Of a stretch of 64,000 bases of DNA, positions 26,223-34,242 are shown in pieces. Position 1 is the first letter of the stretch. Every line of letters begins with the position of its first letter. The notes under the pieces were generated by a model. The model saw only the letters and a list, made by a program, of their open reading frames with translations, searched no databases and was not told the DNA's origin. The position numbers and the translations under genes were made by a program. Source of the stretch: a virus; IMG/VR virus record IMGVR_UViG_3300012944_000001, positions 32,001 to 96,000 of that record; one strand, 5' to 3'.

Positions 26223-26368
26223 CAGGGACATAGGGTTCATCTATGTGAGGGTTGTCCCTCGGAAAACACGGAGATCATAGAGTGCGTTCCTGCACGTCCA
26301 GACCAAGCAGGTCAGATTGACGGTACCTGAATATTACCGTTATTAAGCATTTAACTGTGGGAGGTACT

Positions 26369-26845
26369 TTGTCTCGTACATTAAAAGATCGTCCTTACTG
26401 GGTATTAAAGAATGATCCAAAAATGTCTCGTTACGCTACTCACGCGCATATTGTTATGCAGCGGGAGGAGATCGGTGAAGAAGAGTATGACAGATATCCT
26501 TGGCGACCTGACGTAGATCCAGTAACACATATAAGAAAACTTTACAGAAGATGGTACGAGAATATACCTTGTACTCTTGATATACCAGAACAGTCACGTC
26601 ATGCTAGACAGTATGCTCGTTGGCAAGGTAGACATACCAACGAAGAAATGCTTGAAGGCAAATATTGTGAATATTGGCTGAGATACTATCCTAATATGAA
26701 GAGCGATAAAGCTTTCAAGCAGTTGACAAACCAGGCGATACGATCTAGAATAAATCAACAGCTTCGGGCAGCGTGTCATGAAGATCCTGAAGACGTTGAC
26801 ATAAGCACCGACACGAAGTACAATAGTCGTGGCTGGTGGGACTGA
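26369..26845 (+). CDS. Basic hypothetical protein
   Basis: GGGAGG RBS before TTG 26369 (SRTLKDRPYWV). Confidence 0.75.
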   Translation: MSRTLKDRPYWVLKNDPKMSRYATHAHIVMQREEIGEEEYDRYPWRPDVDPVTHIRKLYRRWYENIPCTLDIPEQSRHARQYARWQGRHTNEEMLEGKYCEYWLRYYPNMKSDKAFKQLTNQAIRSRINQQLRAACHEDPEDVDISTDTKYNSRGWWD

Positions 26846-26866
26846 TAAACACAATAGGAGGATGCA

Positions 26867-27025
26867 ATGGGCAAGCCTAAGGCAAATTCAAATGTTTCGA
26901 TCCCTAAGAATCGTACGGGAGTTGTAACTGAAGTCGGAGAGACTAGGTCACACGTTCTAATTGAAGATCCAGAGGACCCTAAGAAGAGTATTACAGTTAT
27001 CGTTCCTAATAATAAGATTAAGTAG
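26867..27025 (+). CDS. 52-aa SH3/KOW-like protein
   Basis: AGGAGG RBS; promoter TTGACA-17-TACAAT upstream. Confidence 0.65.
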   Translation: MGKPKANSNVSIPKNRTGVVTEVGETRSHVLIEDPEDPKKSITVIVPNNKIK

Positions 27026-27057
27026 TGGGATAGAACAAAGTGTGCTATACTTAGTGT

Positions 27058-27375
27058 ATGCCTTATAAAAATAGAGAAGATCAATACGCATCGCAAGCAG
27101 CACATCGGCAACGCAATTTTGAAGCTATGTGGTCGATTCTCCGCAACTCGTCATGTACGGATTGTGGAGAATATGATCCCATAGTGCTAGAGTTCGATCA
27201 CCTTCCAGGTTACGAAAAGCGATTTGAAATTGCTAGAGCTGTAGGAAGTTCTACTAGAAGTTGGAAGGCTATAAAAGCAGAAATAGACAAGTGTGAAATC
27301 GTATGTGCTAACTGTCATAGACGTAGAACAAATCAGCGAGGATTGCACAAGCGTCATCTTGCTCCCGTAGACTAA
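27058..27375 (+). CDS. HNH-family nuclease
   Basis: CTDCG...LEFDH...EIDKCEIVCANCHRRRT. Confidence 0.85.
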   Translation: MPYKNREDQYASQAAHRQRNFEAMWSILRNSSCTDCGEYDPIVLEFDHLPGYEKRFEIARAVGSSTRSWKAIKAEIDKCEIVCANCHRRRTNQRGLHKRHLAPVD

Positions 27376-27433
27376 TGGACAAGTCACCAGCCTTCTAAGC
27401 TGTTAAATGGGGGTTCGAATCCCTCCGGGAGTA
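27361..27433 (+). tRNA. tRNA-Arg(TCT)
   Basis: CAGC-CTTCTAA-GCTG; overlaps the last codons of the HNH ORF. Confidence 0.9.
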
Positions 27434-27466
27434 CGTAAGTATAGTTAAACACAATGGGAGGCAATT

Positions 27467-27664
27467 GTGGGATATAAGTTTAGAAAAGGCCAAGAAGTAG
27501 ATACGGTCGATGGTAAGGACGGCAGAATTACTTCTCGATCGGATGATTTCGGTAGGCAACCACGATATGTAGTAAATGGCAAGCTATATTTTGAGGAAGA
27601 ACTTCAGGCACAAACTTCGGACGAAAAGCCAGCAAAGAAGAGTCGCTGGGGTAGAAATAAGTAA
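27467..27664 (+). CDS. Small SH3-like protein
   Basis: GGGAGG RBS; KFRKGQEV...GRI...Y...FEEEL. Confidence 0.7.
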   Translation: MGYKFRKGQEVDTVDGKDGRITSRSDDFGRQPRYVVNGKLYFEEELQAQTSDEKPAKKSRWGRNK

Positions 27665-27686
27665 GTTAAAAGCCCTTAGGGGCCAT

Positions 27687-27757
27687 GCCCGCTTAGGTTA
27701 ATGGAAGACCAGTAGTTTTACACACTACATGCGGGGGTTCGATTCCCTCAGCGGGTA
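27687..27757 (+). tRNA. tRNA-Val(TAC)
   Basis: GTAGT-TTTACAC-ACTAC. Confidence 0.9.
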
Positions 27758-27780
27758 CTCGTAACAAGCAGGAGGCAATT

Positions 27781-27984
27781 ATGGCAAAAGTAGGCGACAT
27801 CGTAAAGATGCAAAAAGGAACATACAAGGATCGTCTGGGAGTAGTTATTGCTATCCGTAATAATATTCTGTGTGATGTAAAGCTAGCTCGTCCAGGTGAG
27901 CGGCGTTCCAGAATTAGTCTGGATATGCCTGGAATAGTAGTTACCAATTGTCTTGAAATTGAAGATTTCATCATATCTAAATAG
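27781..27984 (+). CDS. KOW-motif small protein
   Basis: KVGDIVKMQKGTYKDRLGVV; AGGAGG RBS. Confidence 0.7.
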   Translation: MAKVGDIVKMQKGTYKDRLGVVIAIRNNILCDVKLARPGERRSRISLDMPGIVVTNCLEIEDFIISK

Positions 27985-27990
27985 TTTTAT

Positions 27991-28069
27991 GGGTCTGTAA
28001 GGTTTCGTCTGAACTTAAAGCCGCACGTCGGAAACTTTCAGCACCCCGGTTCGATTCCGGGCAGATCCA
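27991..28069 (+). ncRNA. Miniature tmRNA-like RNA (tRNA-like domain only)
   Basis: Acceptor GGGTCTG/CAGATCC-A with G3:U70; stemless D loop TAAGGTTTCG; CTGAA/TTCAG helix; T arm CCCGG-TTCGATT-CCGGG; no anticodon arm and no tag ORF. Confidence 0.7.
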
Positions 28070-28073
28070 CTTT

Positions 28074-28150
28074 GCGCATTGATCTAATCCGCATGGTGTG
28101 GAGTTGGTCTGCAAAACCAATGATTTCCGGTTCGATTCCGGTAATGCGCT
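28074..28150 (+). tRNA. tRNA-Cys(GCA), atypical D arm
   Basis: TTGGT-CTGCAAA-ACCAA; U73. Confidence 0.8.
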
Positions 28151-28163
28151 CTTGGAGGATAGC

Positions 28164-28316
28164 ATGAAACAAGGAACAATAACTAAGATATATGGAAAAT
28201 ACAAAGCGGAATATGTAAAACCTGATCGTAAGTATGGAAGACATTGGGTAACGATTTTAGAAGGCCCTGATATAGGAAGAACTATAACTGTTCCCGCAGA
28301 TCGTCTTGATAAGTAA
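28164..28316 (+). CDS. 50-aa SH3-like protein
   Basis: GGAGGA RBS before ATG 28164. Confidence 0.65.
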   Translation: MKQGTITKIYGKYKAEYVKPDRKYGRHWVTILEGPDIGRTITVPADRLDK

Positions 28317-28320
28317 ATAT

Positions 28321-28406
28321 GGAGAAGTGGCTGAGTTGGTCTAAGGCATCTGATTGCTAATCAGAAGGGTGTAAAAGCTCCGCAGGTTCGAATCCTGTCT
28401 TCTCCG
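28321..28406 (+). tRNA. tRNA-Ser(GCT)
   Basis: TCTGA-TTGCTAA-TCAGA; long variable arm. Confidence 0.95.
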
Positions 28407-28535
28407 CTCTGGTATCAGTCCTATATCAGGAACCTGAAAGACGACGTGTAGTCCGGATTAGTAAGGTAGCTAAATATACATAAAAGAAGTGCTCGACTAC
28501 ACATACGCTTTTATGTATAATTTAGTATGGACATT

Positions 28536-28623
28536 GGAAGTTCCAACCGATAGATGGCGCCGGTCGCAGTCTTGAAAACTGTTGGGTGTAATAGCCGTAG
28601 GGGTTCGACCCCCCTAGCTTCCG
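28536..28623 (+). tRNA. tRNA-Ser(TGA), atypical D region
   Basis: GCAGT-CTTGAAA-ACTGT; long variable arm; G73. Confidence 0.85.
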
Positions 28624-28675
28624 CTGGCTGATAGTATTGACTATTGAATCACTATGTTATAGTGTGGCCTAACTT

Positions 28676-28751
28676 GCTCCAGTGGCCAAGTCTGGTGAAG
28701 GCGCCCGTCTTATAAGCGGGAGATGCGTCGGTTCAAATCCGACCTGGAGTA
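28676..28751 (+). tRNA. tRNA-Ile(TAT)
   Basis: CCCGT-CTTATAA-GCGGG. Confidence 0.85.
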
Positions 28752-28808
28752 CAAAGACTGCTATCCGTTAGATTCGGATATAATCCTAGTTGGACACTAG
28801 CAGTCCTT

Positions 28809-28882
28809 TCAGGTATAGTGAAATCTGGTCATCACAACACTCTGATAAAGTGTAATTCTGGGTTCAAATCCCGGTACCTGGA
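28809..28882 (+). tRNA. tRNA-Ile(GAT)
   Basis: ACACT-CTGATAA-AGTGT. Confidence 0.9.
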
Positions 28883-28978
28883 CGTTAAGGAGATAACTAT
28901 GATTAAATGTTCAAGATGCAAAGCAAAGAATATAAAAGGTAGTCGTTGGTGTCATAGATGTGGCAAGGAGTTAAGTTA

Positions 28979-29293
28979 ATGTATTCGGTAACTGATGCTA
29001 CATTTCATGAAGTATTACACAACAATAAGTCTGTCATTGTAGATTTTTGGGCACCCTGGTGCGGTCCTTGTCGTCAAGTAGCACCTGTGCTAGACTCTTT
29101 ATCACAAGAGCATACAGATATTACTTTTGTCAAAATGGACATTGATACAAATCATATGACATCTAATAAGTATGAAATATTATCTGTTCCAACAATTGCA
29201 CTATTTATTAATGGTGATTTAGTAAAAACAGTAGTTGGAGCAAGACCGAAAGTAGCTCTTGAAAGAGAATTACTTTCTGCCCTATATCAATAG
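28979..29293 (+). CDS. trxA: Thioredoxin
   Basis: VDFWAPWCGPC active site; SVPT cis-Pro motif; AAGGAG RBS before ATG 28979. Confidence 0.95.
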   Translation: MYSVTDATFHEVLHNNKSVIVDFWAPWCGPCRQVAPVLDSLSQEHTDITFVKMDIDTNHMTSNKYEILSVPTIALFINGDLVKTVVGARPKVALERELLSALYQ

Positions 29294-29299
29294 GGTTAT

Positions 29300-29372
29300 G
29301 GTGTTTGAGGCCAAACGGATAGGCGCCTGGTTGTGGTCCAGGTTAAAGCGGGTTCGACTCCCGTCATTCACC
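29300..29372 (+). tRNA. tRNA-His(GTG)
   Basis: CCTGG-TTGTGGT-CCAGG; G-1:C73; two T-T mismatches in the acceptor stem. Confidence 0.8.
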
Positions 29373-29478
29373 CTTAAGGTCCAGAGTAACCATAAAAATC
29401 CTCCTCTCTGGTATGCAATGGATGCCTCTCACACCTCTATATAACGAGGAAGGTGGAGGATAAGGCTCCTGCGCCAAT

Positions 29479-29559
29479 GGGTGAGTTGAGCAATTGGTTG
29501 GCTCAGCGGACTGTAAATCCGTCTCTTCGGACATGGGGGTTCGAATCCCTCCTTACCCA
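29479..29559 (+). tRNA. tRNA-Tyr(GTA)
   Basis: GCGGA-CTGTAAA-TCCGT; variable arm present. Confidence 0.95.
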
Positions 29560-29730
29560 CCTTAAGGAAATAAATGGCTAGTATAGTTGATGAATTAATT
29601 AATGGTATTGCTCATTTTGAATGTTTGGGCTGTAAGACTACTGCTACTAAAAATGTAGGACAAAGTAGAACAGCTTATGATAAAGCCTATAATAAATTCT
29701 TAAGTAAGCATTTGTCTTGTAAGTAGTACC

Positions 29731-29762
29731 AAATCCTCTATGTGTCACATAGAGGATTTTTT
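29731..29762 (+). terminator. Intrinsic terminator closing the tRNA region
   Basis: AAATCCTCTATGTG/CACATAGAGGATTT followed by a T run. Confidence 0.8.
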
Positions 29763-29801
29763 ATTGACGTAGATCGTACCACACACTGAGGAGGAAATAT
29801 C

Positions 29802-30038
29802 GTGCGTCCATGGACTAAAGATGAAAGAGAAGCATATAAAGATTCGACCATGCATTATCACAAGTACGATCTCTATGGATATGTAGATGATCTTATTGAG
29901 ACTTGGCACACTTCTATGGGCCTAAATGTTTCTCTTTATAGTTTCCTAGGACTTTACGAAGGAGAAGTGTCAGACTGGGCCGGTAAGAATATCATTCCGG
30001 ATCGTATTGTAGTTATGTGGGAGGAAGGAGAATACTAA
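29802..30038 (+). CDS. Small hypothetical protein
   Basis: GAGGAGG RBS; stop overlaps the RNA ligase start. Confidence 0.7.
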   Translation: MRPWTKDEREAYKDSTMHYHKYDLYGYVDDLIETWHTSMGLNVSLYSFLGLYEGEVSDWAGKNIIPDRIVVMWEEGEY

Positions 30039-31114
30039 TGCTTATACATGATTTACTTAACATCCGGGATTTAGATACTATGCTTACGGAAGGTTATGTA
30101 AGATTTGGTATTCATCCCATTTTTCCAAATGTTCGTATATTTAACTACACTGAAAAGGCTCAATTCGCCAACGAGTGGAATGACATAACTCGACAATGCC
30201 GTGGTCTTATAGTTGATTGGGATACCAAAGAAGTACTTGCGCGCCCTTTTGACAAGTTCATGAATTATGGTCAAGATCAGGCAGACGTAATTCTTGCTGG
30301 CTATTCAGTTAAGGTATATGACAAGTTAGACGGATCTCTGGGAATTCTATTTCGTCGTCCTGATGGTTTTTGGGAAATAGCTACAAGAGGTTCCTTTCAA
30401 TCAGACCAGGCGTCGCATGCCACAATACTTCTTCGTCAAAAGTACAGTTCGTTTTTACTGGGATTAAATAGTGATCTTACATATATGTTTGAAATCATCT
30501 ATCCACAAAACCGTATCGTATTGGATTACGGAGACAAAGATTCCCTGGTATTACTTGGTGCCAGAAGTATTGACGAAGGCTCTACGTACGGGCCTGAGAG
30601 CCTCCCAGATTGGCACTGGGACCGAACTACTACCTTCCCTTACAAGACTCTCAGTGAGGCGCTGAAGGCCCCTCCTAGACCTAATGCAGAGGGTTACGTG
30701 GTCTACTTCCCGGAGTTGGACCACAGAGTCAAGATCAAGCAGGATGATTACATAGCGATGCACAAGATCGTTACGGGCTTGACAGAGCGTCGTATCTGGG
30801 AGAACATGAAGGAAGGTAAAACTCTAGAAGATCTTGTAAATATTATTCCAGACGAATGGCATGATTGGCTCCAAGAAACGTATACTAAGATCAAGAAAAA
30901 TTATTGGGCTGAATGGAGTACTATTCTTGAGGAGTTTAATACACATACCATGTGGTTGGACGTGGCTAATTATCAAAAATGGTCCCGAAAAGATTTTGCT
31001 TTGCGAGTTAAAGACTCAAGATATAAAGGCTTTATGTTTTTAATGTTGGATAATAACAACGTAACTGACAAGGTATGGCAATTGGTTCGACCACCCGCTG
31101 AGTCATTACTGTAA
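30038..31114 (+). CDS. T4 Rnl1-type RNA ligase
   Basis: CRGLI...ARPFDKF; motif I KLDGSL; ATRGSF; FEII.P.NRIV; EGYVV; VKIK. Confidence 0.9.
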   Translation: MLIHDLLNIRDLDTMLTEGYVRFGIHPIFPNVRIFNYTEKAQFANEWNDITRQCRGLIVDWDTKEVLARPFDKFMNYGQDQADVILAGYSVKVYDKLDGSLGILFRRPDGFWEIATRGSFQSDQASHATILLRQKYSSFLLGLNSDLTYMFEIIYPQNRIVLDYGDKDSLVLLGARSIDEGSTYGPESLPDWHWDRTTTFPYKTLSEALKAPPRPNAEGYVVYFPELDHRVKIKQDDYIAMHKIVTGLTERRIWENMKEGKTLEDLVNIIPDEWHDWLQETYTKIKKNYWAEWSTILEEFNTHTMWLDVANYQKWSRKDFALRVKDSRYKGFMFLMLDNNNVTDKVWQLVRPPAESLL

Positions 31115-31267
31115 GTGTTTATACGCCTGAGCAGTCTAGTGCTATCCTTATAGAGAAATGGCACTAGACTGCTACTAATAGATCATTTGGGGTACTTATT
31201 TGAAGAAGTAATTGACAGCTCGCGGTCTAGTATTATTATTCCTTTTTGAATATCTAGCCCGAGCGAG

Positions 31268-31708
31268 TTGCTAATGCCAACACAACCGAATGCCCCAAAT
31301 TGGTCAGAAGCAGTCCAAAGAGAGCTAGACAGTTTACAGAGAAACGTGGATACACGGTTCGTAGATTTTTCTAGCCGCCTGGACAGACTGCTTACACTAA
31401 CTGAGTATTATGCGGACAAGCGTTCTTCAGATATAAGATTCGAAAATGTCAATGAAAAAATTGAAGATACTGAGAGTGATATAGCAGCTTTAAGATTGGA
31501 TTTGAGAAATTCTTTTGAGTCTTTAAGAAGAGACTTGATGAAAGAGCGTAATCGATATGAGGCATCTTTAAATAAAGAGACTACAGAAAGAAAGAAAGAA
31601 CATAGTGATTATCTAAAATCTAGACAGTCTCAATTTAGATGGCTTATATCTATGGTCATGATTCCAATAACCATTGCAATTGTTGATCTCATAGTAAGTA
31701 AGAAGTAG
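31268..31708 (+). CDS. Coiled-coil protein with a C-terminal transmembrane helix
   Basis: ORF track; hydrophobic tail. Confidence 0.7.
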   Translation: MLMPTQPNAPNWSEAVQRELDSLQRNVDTRFVDFSSRLDRLLTLTEYYADKRSSDIRFENVNEKIEDTESDIAALRLDLRNSFESLRRDLMKERNRYEASLNKETTERKKEHSDYLKSRQSQFRWLISMVMIPITIAIVDLIVSKK

Positions 31709-31771
31709 ACACGAATCTCTGTATAGTGTAGGATGTACTGCACTATACAGATTTTTTATAAGGAGGCAAAT

Positions 31772-32863
31772 ATGTGGGGAAACTTAGAATATATTTCAAA
31801 CATCGATCAGCTATATATGTTGGCTTCTGAAAATGATAATGTCGCCGAGGTGCTGGCAGATAAATCTAAGGGCCGCGCATCAGTATGTAAAATTCTTGCG
31901 GGCAGCGGATATGCTGTATCTGAGAAATTAATTCGTACATTTCGCAATAAACAAGAAGCAATTACAGATAAAAATATTAGAGAGGCGATGGACTATATCC
32001 AGGAGTCATATAACTATAGTCCTACATATAGCACCACAGAAGGCCAGGTTCATACAGTACCCGGATATTGCAATGTAACTAATATTTCAAAAAATACTAA
32101 AGCAAAGACTATTGTTATCATGCCAGATGTGCAAGCGCCATTGCATGATGTTGCTTTGGTAGATAAGTTCATTGATTTCCTAGGAGACTATCAGCCAGAT
32201 GAGCTTGCGCAAGTTGGAGATTTCACTGATTCTACTGAAATCAGTCGGTGGGTACGAGGTAAGAAAACCGAATATGCAGGAGACCTACAAGACGGATTCA
32301 ATTCTGCCAGAGGCATCTTGGAAAGTATCAGAGAAGTATTCGATGGACGATTCCGTATAGTCCGGTCGAATCATGATGACCGACTTGAGCTTTATATTGA
32401 ATCGTGCGCTCCTGGATTGGCGTCCCTTGATGTACTTTCCATTGAGAACCTTTCTGGATTCGATGAATTCGATGTCGAGTTTGTACGAGACGAAGTTGTA
32501 GAACTTGCGCCTGGTTGGGTCATGGCACACGGAGATGAAGGTTCTTTGAGTCCATCAGCGGGTCGTACAGCCTTTGGTTTGGCCAAGAACAAGTTTGGTA
32601 CCAGTACTGTCTGTGGACATACTCACAGAGCTGGTATGACATCAGAGAGTACAGGTTACAACGGAAAGATTCGTAATACCCTGACAGGTCTTGAGGTAGG
32701 TCACTTTATGGATCTTACTAAGGCCGATTATCTAAAGAAAAAGGGAGTAGCTGCTAATTGGCAGCAAGCCTTTGGAATTCTTGAGATTCACGGTTCTCGT
32801 GTGTATCCCAGACTTGTCACTGTTCAGGATGGTTGTTTCTCGGTAGATGGTCAACTTTACTAG
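31772..32863 (+). CDS. Calcineurin-like metallophosphoesterase with N-terminal extension
   Basis: PDVQ, GDFTD, SNHD, HGD, GHTH motifs; AAGGAGG RBS before ATG 31772. Confidence 0.9.
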   Translation: MWGNLEYISNIDQLYMLASENDNVAEVLADKSKGRASVCKILAGSGYAVSEKLIRTFRNKQEAITDKNIREAMDYIQESYNYSPTYSTTEGQVHTVPGYCNVTNISKNTKAKTIVIMPDVQAPLHDVALVDKFIDFLGDYQPDELAQVGDFTDSTEISRWVRGKKTEYAGDLQDGFNSARGILESIREVFDGRFRIVRSNHDDRLELYIESCAPGLASLDVLSIENLSGFDEFDVEFVRDEVVELAPGWVMAHGDEGSLSPSAGRTAFGLAKNKFGTSTVCGHTHRAGMTSESTGYNGKIRNTLTGLEVGHFMDLTKADYLKKKGVAANWQQAFGILEIHGSRVYPRLVTVQDGCFSVDGQLY

Positions 32864-32872
32864 GAGTTAAAC

Positions 32873-33283
32873 ATGCAGTATTCTCCCATGGAGAATTTGA
32901 AAGAATTTCATGATACTTTTACATCTGAGCAAAGAGAAGACGGTTTAGCTAGTAAAATTAATCGCCGAGGAAATCTTATACAAGAAGAAGAACAAGAAGT
33001 ACAAGAAGCACTCGATTTTCTTGATAGAACTGATATAGGATTAACTTCTTCTACTTATGAAGAAGCTTTGATTGAGTTAGCTAAAGAACTAGCAGACCTT
33101 CTTTATGTCATTTACGGTACAGCCGAAGAACTAAATATTCCTTTGCAAGATATATTCAATGCAGTACATAGATCTAATATGGGAAAAATCTGGCAAGATG
33201 GTAAAGTACACTATAATAAATTTGGCAAGGTTATAAAGCCGCCAGAATATCGACCACCAGATTTGAGTTTTATTAATGAGTGA
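32873..33283 (+). CDS. MazG-like all-alpha NTP pyrophosphohydrolase
   Basis: EEEQE...KELADLLYV.YG...VHRSNM.K...GKVIKP. Confidence 0.85.
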   Translation: MQYSPMENLKEFHDTFTSEQREDGLASKINRRGNLIQEEEQEVQEALDFLDRTDIGLTSSTYEEALIELAKELADLLYVIYGTAEELNIPLQDIFNAVHRSNMGKIWQDGKVHYNKFGKVIKPPEYRPPDLSFINE

Positions 33284-33509
33284 TGGAATAGTTTTCCACA
33301 GCCCTGTACAAGACGAAGGCTCTGTGTGGGAAGAAGAAAGCTGGACCGCTAACACAGGACAACCTGTTGGTTATGAACCTTATCTGTTTGTAGATGTATG
33401 TCAATTTGTAGATGGAAAACATGTTTTTGCTGGATATTATTGTCCACATAAAGTAGATGGTTCAGAAGAAACAGAGTTTCCGGCAGGCTGGACTGTTAAT
33501 AACAATTAA
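33276..33509 (+). CDS. Hypothetical protein
   Basis: ORF track; overlapping operon. Confidence 0.6.
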   Translation: MSDGIVFHSPVQDEGSVWEEESWTANTGQPVGYEPYLFVDVCQFVDGKHVFAGYYCPHKVDGSEETEFPAGWTVNNN

Positions 33510-33517
33510 GGATCACT

Positions 33518-33709
33518 ATGCCACAAACTAATATAGGTTGGACAGCCCAATCTGCTCATGGTTGGGTACATGATGAGGGAACTCCTTCTAATGTATTTAC
33601 TGAAGATCAGCTCCCTGATCCAGAAATTCAGAAGAAAGCCAATATAGATCCAGACAAATATCGAAATCAGCCTGGTCTTATTATGGATCCAACAGAAGTC
33701 TCTGAGTAA
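33518..33709 (+). CDS. Hypothetical protein
   Basis: AAGGA RBS. Confidence 0.65.
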   Translation: MPQTNIGWTAQSAHGWVHDEGTPSNVFTEDQLPDPEIQKKANIDPDKYRNQPGLIMDPTEVSE

Positions 33710-33714
33710 AACAC

Positions 33715-33752
33715 ATAGCCTGCACTGTATTATTACGGTGCAGGCTATTTTT
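33715..33752 (+). terminator. Intrinsic terminator
   Basis: ATAGCCTGCACTGTA/TACGGTGCAGGCTAT followed by a T run. Confidence 0.75.
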
Positions 33753-33766
33753 ATTTAGGAGATATT

Positions 33767-34234
33767 ATGCCAAGAAGAAAAGTAACTAATAGGATTCCTC
33801 CTATAGCGCCAATGCGCAGCGCCCAAAACAGAGCAGGATCGGCATGGGATAGAACCTTTCTGGGCTCCAACACCCCACAAACAGCTTCCAATCCTAGACG
33901 TTCTGTATTAGATCTTAACGAAGTCCAGGCTAGAGCGGCCAAATTAACAGATCTTCATGTGGCTCAAGAAATAGAAATGGCCATCAATGGAGATGACGAA
34001 TTACTTCTTCCTTATCAACCTACGCCTACTATAAATCCCGGCCGCCCTAGAACTTTGGCAGCAGGCTATGATGAAAGAAGTCAGGCTCTAAGAATTAAAT
34101 TTAGAGACGGAGAGTATTATACATACTATAATGTACCTCCCTCAGTGTGGTGGAAGTTTCAAAGAGCAGCTTCCCCTGGAAGGTATATAAACACAGTTTT
34201 AAATAATTATCCATATAATAGAGGACTAGCATAA
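33767..34234 (+). CDS. KTSC-domain protein
   Basis: GYDERSQALRIKFRDG..YTYYNVP...W..F..A.SPGRYIN. Confidence 0.85.
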   Translation: MPRRKVTNRIPPIAPMRSAQNRAGSAWDRTFLGSNTPQTASNPRRSVLDLNEVQARAAKLTDLHVAQEIEMAINGDDELLLPYQPTPTINPGRPRTLAAGYDERSQALRIKFRDGEYYTYYNVPPSVWWKFQRAASPGRYINTVLNNYPYNRGLA

Positions 34235-34242
34235 GGAATATA

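Noticed and set aside
21731-28623. Suppressor tRNAs or stop-codon reassignment (anticodons TAA, TAG, TGA)
   Set aside because: These anticodons read UUA, CUA and UCA. All three stop codons terminate genes normally in this window.
17580-29444. ORF-track calls overlapping tRNAs (17580, 18121, 18657, 18775, 20540, 27693, 27977, 28038, 29259)
   Set aside because: They are translations of tRNA or structured-RNA sequence with no RBS or protein motifs.
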